In this document: positions 9,142-18,588 of the stretch, in pieces
Layout of the letters: each line of letters opens with the position of its first letter
How positions within the stretch are numbered: the first letter of the stretch is position 1
Position numbers and translations under genes: made by a program
Notes under the pieces: model-generated
Told to the model about the DNA's origin: nothing
What the model saw: only the letters and a program-made list of their open reading frames with translations
Databases searched by the model: none
From: a virus
Taxonomy: Duplodnaviria > Caudoviricetes
IMG/VR virus record: IMGVR_UViG_3300028422_001987
Span: 1-37,140 of that record
Direction: 5' to 3' (one strand)
Length of the DNA: 37,140 nt

Positions 9142-9188
9142 AGATTGCCGGTGGACGGGGGATTCGAGGAGGGGGAAACACTTCCCCC
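9142..9188 (-). promoter_or_regulatory. Putative Mor/C-activated late promoter (lysis/packaging operon)
   Basis: GGGGGAAgtgTTTCCCCCTCCTC-N18-CAATCT. Near-identical copy upstream of gene I. Confidence 0.75.
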
Positions 9189-9241
9189 AGGCGGGGGGTG
9201 GGGGGACATCAGTCTCTCGGGGAGAGGGTACGGGCGTCAAG

Positions 9242-9652
9242 TCAGGCGAACAAATCGCCCGTTGGGTCCGGCGAGCGGTCGCGGGCGGCCTGGCGGATCT
9301 GCTTAACCCGACGCCAGGTGATCCCCAGTTCGTGTGCCACGGCCCGTGCGCTCTTTGCACCGCTACCGACCGCCTCCAAGAGATAGTGGTTGCGGAGCTG
9401 GGCCAGCAGCTTATCGGATTTCGGTAAATCGACCGTGTCGCCCGCGAGCGGCGATGCACACAGCGCCGCCAGTGCCGACGGCGCGATCACATCGCGTAGC
9501 GCGGTCTGGTCTGGGTGGGTGGGGATGTAGAGAGGCAGCCCGCCGCGGGCCTCCAGGAGGCGCAGCGTCTCCGCCACCCCCAGGAGGCCCACCAGCTGCC
9601 GCAGCAGCGGCGGCAGCAGGGAGGGATCGATGATGTCGAGGTCACTCGACAC
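9242..9652 (-). CDS. mor: Mor/C family late transcription activator
   Basis: LLPPLLRQLV..LG...GGLPLYIP...RN and C-terminal HTH (AHELGITWRRVKQI). Follows gemA. Confidence 0.88.
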   Translation of the reverse strand: MSSDLDIIDPSLLPPLLRQLVGLLGVAETLRLLEARGGLPLYIPTHPDQTALRDVIAPSALAALCASPLAGDTVDLPKSDKLLAQLRNHYLLEAVGSGAKSARAVAHELGITWRRVKQIRQAARDRSPDPTGDLFA

Positions 9653-10109
9653 CAACGCCCTCCCGGAGGGACCAGCTCTTCAGCCCCTCGATGCAGGCGT
9701 TGAGCCCGGCGGACTTCGCCCACTCCAGTTGGGCGGTCTTGGTATGGTGCGCGCACCACTTCACCATCGCCGCCTCGCTCCTATCCCGCACCACCCCCGC
9801 GTCGGCGAGAGCGCACCAGAGGGCGGTGATCTTCTCGATGCGCGGCCGGCGCCAGTCCTGCGAGCGCGGCCGGCTTTTCCCGGTGGGTTTGAACCCCTTG
9901 GCCTTCATCTCCTCCAGCGCCGCCTCAAGGCCGCCGATGGGCATGGTGGTGGCGGAGTACCGGCCCTTGACCTGCTTGGCGCCGTGTCGAGCCAGGAACA
10001 GGCGGTAGGCCTCCTCATCCATACCGATGTCGGCACGGCCGACTTGGAGCAGGGTGTAGAGGTGCTTGCGCGGGTCGGCTTTGTTTGAGGCGGTGCTGTT
10101 GTTTTTCAT
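9642..10109 (-). CDS. gemA: GemA (Mu gp16/DUF1018)
   Basis: IGMDEEAYRLFL, KITALW..L...GVVRDRSEAAM and CIEGLKSW. Confidence 0.9.
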   Translation of the reverse strand: MKNNSTASNKADPRKHLYTLLQVGRADIGMDEEAYRLFLARHGAKQVKGRYSATTMPIGGLEAALEEMKAKGFKPTGKSRPRSQDWRRPRIEKITALWCALADAGVVRDRSEAAMVKWCAHHTKTAQLEWAKSAGLNACIEGLKSWSLREGVGVE

Positions 10110-10468
10110 ATCACGCTGTACCCGTGGCTCTCAAGAAGTTTCTTGGCCCGCTCAAGCTCTACCGTAGCCCGCCGCAGTTTTGGATCAAACGGTTTAGCGC
10201 CAAGCCATGCTCGAACTTCATTCACTTCCCTGAACGTCATGCGCTTGCCGCTATTTCTCCATTCCCAATTTTCGCATGGTCGCCACCCAGGCAGCGCCAC
10301 GGACATTCGATATACATCAAGGTCATCTCTGCAAAGAACTTGACAATCCTCCTTGCTAGAGAAACCGCAACGCCGAAGCGCGTGTATCGTCCGGGTCGTT
10401 AGGCCTCTGTGCCACGGAATTAGTTGCCGAATAGTCTCCGCCTCGATTCGCTTCTGCCCCGGATTCAT
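10106..10468 (-). CDS. Hypothetical protein, more AT-rich than its neighbours
   Basis: ATGA coupling at both ends. Confidence 0.7.
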   Translation of the reverse strand: MNPGQKRIEAETIRQLIPWHRGLTTRTIHALRRCGFSSKEDCQVLCRDDLDVYRMSVALPGWRPCENWEWRNSGKRMTFREVNEVRAWLGAKPFDPKLRRATVELERAKKLLESHGYSVI

Positions 10469-11001
10469 GCCACCGCCTTCGCGGGCTCGGCCCGCTCGAT
10501 CTCGGAACTGAAGGGCTTGGCGACGAACTCCTCCTTCTGCGAGATGGTGATCCCGGCCACCCCCTTCACCGCCTCCGGTTCGGAGAGGATCGCCTCCTTG
10601 TTCACCTCCTCCTTGGTGCGGACGAACCGTTTAAGTCCGAGCCGCTTCAGGGTCTCGATCACCACCGCCGGCTGCCGCACCGTGACGCTGGGCGGCGTGG
10701 TGCGCCAGGCCACATCGCCCGTGGCCAGCTTGGCCGTCTTGCCGCCCTTGGCGAGCAGCTCGCCACGGTGCGCTTCGGCCCAGGCGTGCAGGGCGGTGAA
10801 CTTCGTTTCGATGGCGCTGTTGACAGGCTTCGCCAGCTCTTCATAGCGCCCTTTGATCACGCTCAATTCGTCATTCATCGCCGCTTCGATGCGGCTCACC
10901 TCCCGTTGCAGATCGCCGATTTCCTGCAAAATAATCTCGGCCTCGTCCTGGGTAGCCGGCACCGCGAGGGTGTCGGTCTTGATCCGATTACGCTTCGCCA
11001 T
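10465..11001 (-). CDS. gam: Gam host-nuclease inhibitor
   Basis: IGDLQRE..RIE..MNDE, KTAKLATGDVAWRTTPPSV and FVRTKEEVNKEAIL. Confidence 0.95.
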   Translation of the reverse strand: MAKRNRIKTDTLAVPATQDEAEIILQEIGDLQREVSRIEAAMNDELSVIKGRYEELAKPVNSAIETKFTALHAWAEAHRGELLAKGGKTAKLATGDVAWRTTPPSVTVRQPAVVIETLKRLGLKRFVRTKEEVNKEAILSEPEAVKGVAGITISQKEEFVAKPFSSEIERAEPAKAVA

Positions 11002-11386
11002 CGTTCTGCTCCTGTCGATTTAATTCCAGTTCGTACTGTTTCACCAGCTCCCCCGGTCGCATCCGCCGCAGCGCCGCTTCCTGGCGCAACGACGACAGCG
11101 CCCGGACGTGGAACCAGTCCACCGTAGGCTGCAGCTCCTTGGCGTTGCGGGCGATGTAGTACCCGCCGCCGGCGCTGCTCTTGTGCGCCACCGGCATCCC
11201 TTCACGCCGCAGCTCCTCCACCAGCGAACGGACGATCCGCGACTGGTCGTAGCGCCGCCACGGGATCACCACCTCACCGGTGATGGCCTGGAACAGCGCG
11301 ATCATGGTGATCGGGTGGTCCGCGGTGTGCTCCTCCAGGATCTCCCGGATGCGCCGCCGCAACTCGGCGCGGTCGTCCGTCTGCAC
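10988..11386 (-). CDS. Winged-helix DNA-binding protein
   Basis: RIVRSLVEELRREGMPV...GGGYYIA. Coupled within the early operon. Confidence 0.75.
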   Translation of the reverse strand: MQTDDRAELRRRIREILEEHTADHPITMIALFQAITGEVVIPWRRYDQSRIVRSLVEELRREGMPVAHKSSAGGGYYIARNAKELQPTVDWFHVRALSSLRQEAALRRMRPGELVKQYELELNRQEQNDGEA

Positions 11387-11388
11387 GG

Positions 11389-11922
11389 TTACTTCCCCCT
11401 CGCTGCTGAGAACAATGCTTTCGGCGGCGGAGTCCGCTTGGGCGGCTCCGCCTTTGGCGCCGGCGCCGGCTCAACCGGCATCGGCGTGAGGTCACGATAG
11501 GGCTGGCGATGGCGCTCGATCTGGGCCTGCTCCTGTCCGGCCGCCGCCCGCCGCGCCATCGTTGTCACCACCTCCAGCAGGTAGCCGTGGCTCTTCACCG
11601 GACGCTGGAGGGTGGGCGAGGCGGCCATCGTCTCCATCGCCTCCCGCCAGTACTCCAGCGGCGCCGGCCAGGTCTGCCGATCCCGGGTGACAGACCGCGG
11701 CTCCATCAGCCCCTGGATCTCCACTAATAGCCGCGCCAGTTTCCGCTCCTGGAGCCGTTTGCCGGGCGGGGCCCACAACGCCAGATAGTCGAGCAGCGCA
11801 TCGGCGATGCGCGGATCGATCCGCAGCGCCGCCCCCAGCGCCTGGCGGGAGCGGGTCTCCGCCAGATACTCCGCCAGCGGCCGGCTGTCGCCGCAGGCCG
11901 GACAGATCCCGATCACGCCCAT
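11389..11922 (-). CDS. Conserved-type Mu-like early protein
   Basis: N-terminal CPACG, YLALWAP and PVKSHGYLLEV. Confidence 0.75.
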   Translation of the reverse strand: MGVIGICPACGDSRPLAEYLAETRSRQALGAALRIDPRIADALLDYLALWAPPGKRLQERKLARLLVEIQGLMEPRSVTRDRQTWPAPLEYWREAMETMAASPTLQRPVKSHGYLLEVVTTMARRAAAGQEQAQIERHRQPYRDLTPMPVEPAPAPKAEPPKRTPPPKALFSAARGK

Positions 11923-12281
11923 GACCCCTCCTCGCCGGCGAGCGCCGCCCGTACCGCCTCCAGATCAGCCAGCAGGGCCTCCGCCTCGCCGCGGAAAGCG
12001 GCGCGCATGGCGAGGCCATCGAGGATGGCCTGCGGTGCCTGCACGAATGTGTCGAATCGGATCTGCATCGACCACAGATCCAGCGCCTCATAGATCGACG
12101 CCCAGTGCTCGATGTAGGACTCCGGCAGCCGCACGCTGGTCACCACGGTGGGCTCGCGCACCTGCACCAGGTCCCATCCATCGCCGTGTGCCGGCGCTCG
12201 CCGGAGCGACCAGGTCGCCACCCCAACGCCAGCGAGAGCGAAGAGAGCTGTTGTGGTGTAGAGGATCGGTTCGATAGTCAT
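11913..12281 (-). CDS. Hypothetical protein with N-terminal TM
   Basis: GGAGG RBS, ATG at 12281 coupled to the upstream stop. Confidence 0.7.
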   Translation of the reverse strand: MTIEPILYTTTALFALAGVGVATWSLRRAPAHGDGWDLVQVREPTVVTSVRLPESYIEHWASIYEALDLWSMQIRFDTFVQAPQAILDGLAMRAAFRGEAEALLADLEAVRAALAGEEGSWA

Positions 12282-12505
12282 GCCCGCCTCCTGCTTACGC
12301 GCTCCAGCGCGGTGAACGACACCTTCACCACCAGCGTGTCGTTGTCCGAGAGCACGAAGTGCTGAACCCGGCACTGGTCGCATGAGCGCAGGGTGTCCCA
12401 CAGCTCGCCCGCGGGCGGTACCTGCTGGCCGATCACGGTACCGCACGCCGGGCAGCGGTAGGCCACGGTGCGGTACGTCGGCGCCTTCTTCTTTGTCATG
12501 CCCAT
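12278..12505 (-). CDS. Small zinc-ribbon protein
   Basis: CPAC...CDQC, immediately after MuB. Confidence 0.7.
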   Translation of the reverse strand: MGMTKKKAPTYRTVAYRCPACGTVIGQQVPPAGELWDTLRSCDQCRVQHFVLSDNDTLVVKVSFTALERVSRRRA

Positions 12506-12506
12506 C

Positions 12507-13559
12507 TCAACCCCCAGTGGGGCGCTTCAGCCCCATCAGCTGCTGACCGGCAGAAAACACCAGCTCGGCCGAAAGAGAGTGCCCTTGCTGTAGCCCCAGC
12601 TCGATGACGTTGCGGATGAGCTTGGTGAGCACGCGAGCGTGTCCCGAGCACATCTGCCAGCAGGCATCGAGCACCGGATCGGTCAGTTCGACATCCGGAG
12701 CGTTGTGGGCGAAGGCGGCGCGGGTGATGGCCGCTGCATCCTCCACGGTGATGGCCTTGATCTCGGGCGGCCAGAACCCGACCCGCGAGGAGATCTGCCC
12801 GTGCTTGCCATTGGCGTTGGCCACCATCGTGCGCAGCAGGGCGTTACCGGAGAGCACCAGTCCGATCTCGGCGAGGTCCGAGATCCGCCGGGCGTATTCC
12901 AGGCACTGATCGGTCGTCTTGTCCGCCTCGTCGATCACCAGCAGCCGATCGGTCTGCCGCAGCGCCTCGACGATGGCTGCCAGCATCTCCGGCTTGGTCC
13001 CGGTGCTGTCGCGCCGGGACCGCTGCGGCGCCGCTCCGGTGCGCTGCACCAGCGTGCGCAGCAGGGCGGTCGCGTTCATGTCCGGCTGCCCTTCGATGAT
13101 GATCGTGTGGGCGTGCTGGGCGGCGTACCGCTTGAGACCCGCCGTCTTGCCGGTCCCAACCACACCGGTGAGGATCCCGATGTCTCGGTATCGGCTCGCC
13201 CGGTCGCAGACGTAGCCGACCAACTTGCTGACGCTGGTCTCAACGAACGGGATCTCCAACGAGGTGGCGCGGGCCGCCTCGCGGGCGACCCATTGCAGCG
13301 CCGCCTGCAGGTGCTTGGTCGGCGGGCTCGGGTAGAGCCCGCGGAGGATGCTGTTGAGGGTCGCCGCAGAGACACCGATTGCGCGCGCCACCTTCGCCTG
13401 CGAGCGATGATTGGGGTAGCCGGGGGCGTGGGTCTGCCCGGCGTTGATCCAGTCGACCAGCCGCACCACCGCGGCCTGGTCCTCGTCACTGTAGTGAGCG
13501 GGCCATTCGGTCGGTGCCTCGGCCAGACTCTGGATGTGCTGCGTCACAGCTGCGTTCAC
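12507..13559 (-). CDS. MuB-like AAA+ transposition ATPase
   Basis: N-terminal HTH, Walker A GVVGTGKT, Walker B LLVIDEAD. Follows the transposase. Confidence 0.93.
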   Translation of the reverse strand: MNAAVTQHIQSLAEAPTEWPAHYSDEDQAAVVRLVDWINAGQTHAPGYPNHRSQAKVARAIGVSAATLNSILRGLYPSPPTKHLQAALQWVAREAARATSLEIPFVETSVSKLVGYVCDRASRYRDIGILTGVVGTGKTAGLKRYAAQHAHTIIIEGQPDMNATALLRTLVQRTGAAPQRSRRDSTGTKPEMLAAIVEALRQTDRLLVIDEADKTTDQCLEYARRISDLAEIGLVLSGNALLRTMVANANGKHGQISSRVGFWPPEIKAITVEDAAAITRAAFAHNAPDVELTDPVLDACWQMCSGHARVLTKLIRNVIELGLQQGHSLSAELVFSAGQQLMGLKRPTGG

Positions 13560-13606
13560 GTGCTACACTCCTTACGGTTTGTTGCTGGGAAACGGGACTG
13601 GAGCGG

Positions 13607-15331
13607 CTACTCCTGATCCCAATCGAAGGGGGTCAGCCTGACCGGGCTGGCCCCTTTGTCTTTGCGTCGCTCGGCATCGAGCACCGAGCCCACCAGGTCG
13701 ATGGCCGGCCCCGCCGGCTGATGCTCCAGCGCCGGCGCCGCCGGCGGGCCCGATAGTTGCTCCAGCTGCACCAGCGCCTGGTCGTGGCTGAGGGCCGGCC
13801 GGTGCTGCGCCTCCACCTCCGCCACCTTCCGTGCCAGCCGCTTGAGCTGGCCCTCGCGCCGCTTCGCCCGCGCCTCCTCCAGGCGGGAGGCCGGCAGGTA
13901 GTCCTGCTTGCTCTTCAACTCCGCCACGCACAGCAGCCGGTCCTGCTCGTCGTAGACCCACACATGGGTGTCGTCGTGGATCGAGTACTCCACCGGCAGC
14001 AGGCGGCGCTCGTACATCGCCAGGTCGGCGTGGGAGTAGGTCCGGTTGTCGAGGATGAGGGTGCTACGGCGCACCACGCGCGCCTGGCGCTCGCGCACCA
14101 GCGCCGCCTCGGGCAGCTCCAGCGGAACACGCTCCAGGGTGGCCCACAGCTCGGCCGGGGTGCGGCCGTCCAGCGCGCTGTGGGGGGTGTTGTTGTAGCG
14201 GTCGATCCAGCGCGTCAGGCTGTCGCGGTATTCGCCCAGGGTCGGCAGGCGCCGCTTACCCTGCTTAATCTGGTCGTGCAGCCGGCGGTTGATCTCCGAG
14301 GCCATGTCGTCCCCGCAGTACCACTCACCGCCCATGAACAACTTGTCGTGCTGGTCGCGCAGCGTCCGGAACCACCGCTCGATGTTGCCTTTGCCCTTCG
14401 CGTTGCCGGGCAAGGCGAACATCGGCGTGATCCCAAATCTCGCATAGAATCCGTTCGCCTCGTCGCTCATCAGCTTCGCCTTGAATCCGGAACCTACGTC
14501 CACGTGCAGCAGCGCGCACACGTGGTCCCAGGTCAGCAGCGCGTGTCCAAGGGCTAGCTGAGTGGTGCGGCTCGACTCGGATTCGGTGATGTACCAGCCG
14601 ACGATGTATCGGGTGGCAAGGTCCATGACGGCCGTCAGCTCGGCACGCCAAATGCCGCCGCTGAACGGGTGCCGTAGATAAACGTCGACGGTGTGCCCGT
14701 CCATCTGGTAGAGCTCGCCCACCAGCAGGCAGGAGGTGTCTCTGGACCGGTAGCGGCCGATGTTCTGGCGGTAATAGTGCGTGCCCACCCGCAGCGGGCT
14801 GTGCGAGCCATGCGTCTCCGGCATGGATTTGAGGTAGCTCCGCACCCGGTCGTCGGAGGCATCAACAAATCCCTCGTCGCGCAGCTGCGCGGCCACGGCG
14901 GCATAGGACGGCTGCGATGGGATGTGGTACAGGCTCATCGCCCGCAGCTCCCACCCATAGGTCTTCCGAACGGATCCGCGATACCCCGGCGCCAGCGCCG
15001 GCAGCCCGCCGGAGCGGTGCGCCTTGATCCAACGCTGGACGGTCGCGCGGGATGGGCAGTCGCCCCCGCGGGCGAGCTGCTCGGCGGCGCTCTTGAGCTG
15101 GCCATCCACCTGGCCCAGCGTCACCGCCCGCAGCACGTACTCCACCGCCGCCCGCTCGGACACGCCGGGGCGTACCCGGGCGAGGGCCGCGGCAACGATC
15201 TGATACCGCGCCAGCGCGACCGCCCGCTTGTCCGCCGGCAGCCGCTCCCAGGCGGACGGCGCCGGCGCCGCCGGGTCCGGTTTGCGCGGGCGCGGCAGGC
15301 CCGGCATGTGGTAGGGGATGAGGTTGCTCAT
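13607..15331 (-). CDS. MuA-like DDE transposase
   Basis: QMDGHTVD, LHVDVGSGF and KGNIERWF. Mu-type C-terminus (VEYSIHDDTHVWVYD). ATG at 15331. Confidence 0.95.
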   Translation of the reverse strand: MSNLIPYHMPGLPRPRKPDPAAPAPSAWERLPADKRAVALARYQIVAAALARVRPGVSERAAVEYVLRAVTLGQVDGQLKSAAEQLARGGDCPSRATVQRWIKAHRSGGLPALAPGYRGSVRKTYGWELRAMSLYHIPSQPSYAAVAAQLRDEGFVDASDDRVRSYLKSMPETHGSHSPLRVGTHYYRQNIGRYRSRDTSCLLVGELYQMDGHTVDVYLRHPFSGGIWRAELTAVMDLATRYIVGWYITESESSRTTQLALGHALLTWDHVCALLHVDVGSGFKAKLMSDEANGFYARFGITPMFALPGNAKGKGNIERWFRTLRDQHDKLFMGGEWYCGDDMASEINRRLHDQIKQGKRRLPTLGEYRDSLTRWIDRYNNTPHSALDGRTPAELWATLERVPLELPEAALVRERQARVVRRSTLILDNRTYSHADLAMYERRLLPVEYSIHDDTHVWVYDEQDRLLCVAELKSKQDYLPASRLEEARAKRREGQLKRLARKVAEVEAQHRPALSHDQALVQLEQLSGPPAAPALEHQPAGPAIDLVGSVLDAERRKDKGASPVRLTPFDWDQE

Positions 15332-15615
15332 TGGACCGGCCCCCTTAACGTCAGGGCGAAGTCCAGCGCGGACTCCCGCAGCATCGCCAGCTCCACATCG
15401 GCCATCGCCGCATAGGCGGTGGCCGCATCCAGCTCGCCCCCATAGGCCGCGAGCGCCACAGCGATGGTGCTGTACTTGTGCAGCTCGGCCGAACACGTGA
15501 TACACCCGCAGCCCCGCTGGAGGTACCGCTCAATCTCCCCCTCGCTCTGCGCCAGCGCCGCCGCCAACTCTTCTGGGCTCCCCTCCACGAGATTCACAAC
15601 CATCACCTCAGCCAC
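15328..15615 (-). CDS. Hypothetical protein
   Basis: GTG at 15615 overlaps the upstream stop. Its own stop is coupled to the transposase ATG. Contains CGCITC. Confidence 0.65.
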   Translation of the reverse strand: MAEVMVVNLVEGSPEELAAALAQSEGEIERYLQRGCGCITCSAELHKYSTIAVALAAYGGELDAATAYAAMADVELAMLRESALDFALTLRGPVQ

Positions 15616-16678
15616 GGCCCACCCCCTTGCGCGGCCGGCCGCGGCCACGCCTCACCGGCTCGGCGCCGGCGCGGATATCGGCCCGGGCCGCCGACTGGGC
15701 CCGATGCTGGGAGAGCAGTACCTCGCGGGTGGTCATTGCCTGCACCACCTCTGCATTGCTGAACGGGATCAGGATGGTGTCGTCGCCCTCGACGACGTCG
15801 GGTTCCAGTCGCTCAGCGGCCTCGCCCATCACCCGGTTGGCGCGGGCGGTCACCGCGCGCAGCTGCGCCCACAGCGCGCCGGCACCGCCTCGGTACTCGG
15901 CATCCGAATCGGGCTGCTGCTGTATCCACCGCTCCAGGAGTCGATGCAGCTCGTCGATGGCGAGGAGCGCCTGCTCGGCCAGCGCCGCCGACTCCATGCG
16001 CACTTCGGCCACAATGGACGGCCAGGGGGACGGCTCGCGTTGGGTACTCTGCTGGCGCCGCAGGTCGAGCAGCTCCATCTCGCTCTGCTCCAGGAGGTGT
16101 TTGGTGCGGTTCAGTTCCTCCTCGAACTCCTTCCGTGCGTCGGACCGCTCGGCGTCCCGAATCCTCTCCTGCAGATCTCTGTAAGAGAGCGACGGCAGGG
16201 CATCCAACGTGATGCCGTGGACCTCTTCGCCCTCCACAAGCGAGGCGAACTCAGGAGCTGGTAGACGACGCAACACGAGCAGCTTGGTCTGATCGATCTG
16301 GAGCAGGGCGTTGACCAAGGCACCGCCGCCCGCCTGTGCGGCTTGCTCCAGGACCTCATAGACCCCTTTGTAGTTGTAGAGCGTCGACGGGTGTGCACCG
16401 ATACGGCGCGCCTCGTCGACAATGAACGGACGCCCCCCGAGGTCGTGCGCTTGCGCAAGATTCCACCCAGCCAGCGCGGCGTGGGCAGCACCCTTCTGCA
16501 TGTGCCGCAGAAACGCCTGGAAGTAGGCGGCCGGGTCATTGGATGGGGCCTCTGGGGCCGCCTCATCCATCTGCTGCATGATGTGGGAGAGCCACGACGG
16601 CGGCGTGCGCTGCACCAGCGCTCCGCCGTCGTGTTCTGGGATGGTCATCCCAGTGGTGGGTTTCTTCTTGGTCGCCAT
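15608..16678 (-). CDS. Helical early protein upstream of the transposase (DUF3102-like position)
   Basis: 356-aa ORF with GITLDALPSLSYRDLQERIR and a coiled coil. Confidence 0.7.
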   Translation of the reverse strand: MATKKKPTTGMTIPEHDGGALVQRTPPSWLSHIMQQMDEAAPEAPSNDPAAYFQAFLRHMQKGAAHAALAGWNLAQAHDLGGRPFIVDEARRIGAHPSTLYNYKGVYEVLEQAAQAGGGALVNALLQIDQTKLLVLRRLPAPEFASLVEGEEVHGITLDALPSLSYRDLQERIRDAERSDARKEFEEELNRTKHLLEQSEMELLDLRRQQSTQREPSPWPSIVAEVRMESAALAEQALLAIDELHRLLERWIQQQPDSDAEYRGGAGALWAQLRAVTARANRVMGEAAERLEPDVVEGDDTILIPFSNAEVVQAMTTREVLLSQHRAQSAARADIRAGAEPVRRGRGRPRKGVGRG

Positions 16679-16699
16679 CTTTCGTATTCCATTGGTTGT

Positions 16700-17170
16700 T
16701 TAGCCGCCGAGGCGGCGCTTCAGTTCACGCTCGCGCCGGCCCAGTTGCACCCGGGCCGACACGGTCTGCCCCAACTCGGTTGCCAGCGTCTCCGCCTCGT
16801 CGATGGTCACCAGGCCAAGGGCTCTGGTGATCACCTCCACCGGATCGGCCACACCGCAGGCCCACACCACCGCCGGCAGGAGCGCAGCTGGGATGCGGTG
16901 GAACTCCTTGGATTCGGCGCACCAGGCATCCAGCTGTCGCTTGGTGATCCGCTGCCCCTCCGGCAGGCACAAGTTCATCCGCTCCACCACCCGCTCCCGC
17001 GAGAGGCCGCGCTTCTTGGCCTCCCGCAGGGCGTACCGCAACGCGCCCAGCAGCTCGGCTTCGATGTCCAGGTCCGGGGCGTTCTCCTGCTCCAGCGTCG
17101 GGACATGCCCGGCCACTTGCTGGAAAAGATCCGGCTGGTTGCTGGATAAAATTGGGGGACGCTTAGCCAC
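16700..17170 (-). CDS. Phage regulatory protein (CII-like)
   Basis: GTG at 17170. LSRERVVERMN...ITKRQLDAWCAESKEFHRIPA. Confidence 0.7.
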   Translation of the reverse strand: MAKRPPILSSNQPDLFQQVAGHVPTLEQENAPDLDIEAELLGALRYALREAKKRGLSRERVVERMNLCLPEGQRITKRQLDAWCAESKEFHRIPAALLPAVVWACGVADPVEVITRALGLVTIDEAETLATELGQTVSARVQLGRRERELKRRLGG

Positions 17171-17239
17171 TGATTTACCCCCCCTTCCGGGGTACGCTGT
17201 TCCTGGCGTACACCACCCGCACACACCAGGAGGTCAACG

Positions 17240-17698
17240 ATGAATACGCACACCCAAGCGCCCGGCGGAAGGCGGCTCTCTTTCTATGACGATCTGACCC
17301 GCGACCTGATAGCCGAGCTGACGGAAGCAGAAGTGCGGCGGCTACACACCAAACTGCAAACGCTAGGGCGCGACCAATGGTGGGATTGGCTGCAAGACCA
17401 CCTAGAAGATATCGAGCGATATATCGCCAACTCCCCGCGCGATCGGAAAAAGCTGCTAGCGAAGGCCGAAGACGGATTGCTGCTGAAGTACGGTGCGATC
17501 TGGACGGCCCAGCTGCCGGCGGTGGTTGACCCGTGGTTCCACGATCCCTGTCTCCAGGGGGAGCTGAACGATCCGGTGACCCGGGCTGCCCGTTCGCGTC
17601 TCCTTGCGGAGAGCCTGTTTGCGGAGATTGATGAGTGGCCGTTCGATGAGCCGCCTCTTCCGAATCCTTTCTCCGCGTCAGATCAGCCCGGCGCTTAG
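17240..17698 (+). CDS. Hypothetical protein, antisense to the early operon
   Basis: AGGAGG RBS 7 nt before the ATG. Globular, helical composition. Confidence 0.7.
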   Translation: MNTHTQAPGGRRLSFYDDLTRDLIAELTEAEVRRLHTKLQTLGRDQWWDWLQDHLEDIERYIANSPRDRKKLLAKAEDGLLLKYGAIWTAQLPAVVDPWFHDPCLQGELNDPVTRAARSRLLAESLFAEIDEWPFDEPPLPNPFSASDQPGA

Positions 17699-17735
17699 CT
17701 GCCGCTTCGGCAATGCGGTTTTCTGGGAGGTAGTA

Positions 17736-18580
17736 ATGCATGGGTCTAATGCCTTTAGTGGTGATGGAGTGGCTCTCGTCGCGGACCCGCCCATGGCGGC
17801 CCACGACTGCGCGGCGCAACCGACTCAGGTGCGGCGCCATCGGCCAGCCGCGCAATCAGCGGACGATGGCGAACAGAGGGCGGCGCTCAGCCCCCCGACC
17901 CCGCGGTACCGATGCAGCGGCGGGCAGGACCCGCAGCTCGGCGATGCACAGCACCGCCACCAGCTGGAACAACGACACCGCCATCAGCTGCATCACGATG
18001 ATCACGACCCGCTGCACATCCATCCGCGGCGGCGGCTCGGCCGCGGCGCTCATCAGCCGCGCCCGCTCGGCGCGTGCGGCAGACAGATCGGTACTGGTGG
18101 AGGTGATGAGGCCGTCCCAGCCGCGGCGCGCCTTGGAGTTGGCGCGGTAGGTCGCCAGCTCCAACTCCAGGGCGGCGATCTCGCGGTCGAGCACGGCGCG
18201 TCGGTCCCCCTGTGCAACACCGCCGGCCGCAACTGCCTGCCACTCCGCCACCAACGGCGCGGAGAGCACGTAGAGGGGACCCGCCAGCAACAGCAGGGTG
18301 GTGATGCCGCCGGCGACGCGGTATGCCCGGCGACGGTCGAACCAGAGCCACAGCGCGGTGCCTTCGAGCAGAACCGAAAAGACCGGGCCGGTGAGGGCAT
18401 CCACCTCGCGCCAGAACTGGATGCTGTGGTACTGGAGCAGCACGATGCAGCCGAGCAGCAGGGCGACGGTGGCGTGGCGCCTATTCATGGGGCCCGCCAG
18501 TGCCGTTTTCTGGCGCTGATTGGGCTGGGGTGGTGGGCTGATACTGACAGGGAGACTTATGCATCGATCTAATGCCTTTA
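17736..18580. repeat. 22-bp direct repeat pair (17736-17757 and 18559-18580, 20/22 identical)
   Basis: ATGCATgggTCTAATGCCTTTA versus ATGCATcgaTCTAATGCCTTTA. Confidence 0.8.
17856..18488 (-). CDS. Multi-pass membrane protein with coiled coil
   Basis: ATG at 18488. Three N-terminal hydrophobic helices, a coiled coil and a C-terminal TM. Confidence 0.75.
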   Translation of the reverse strand: MNRRHATVALLLGCIVLLQYHSIQFWREVDALTGPVFSVLLEGTALWLWFDRRRAYRVAGGITTLLLLAGPLYVLSAPLVAEWQAVAAGGVAQGDRRAVLDREIAALELELATYRANSKARRGWDGLITSTSTDLSAARAERARLMSAAAEPPPRMDVQRVVIIVMQLMAVSLFQLVAVLCIAELRVLPAAASVPRGRGAERRPLFAIVR

Positions 18581-18588
18581 AATGGGGG

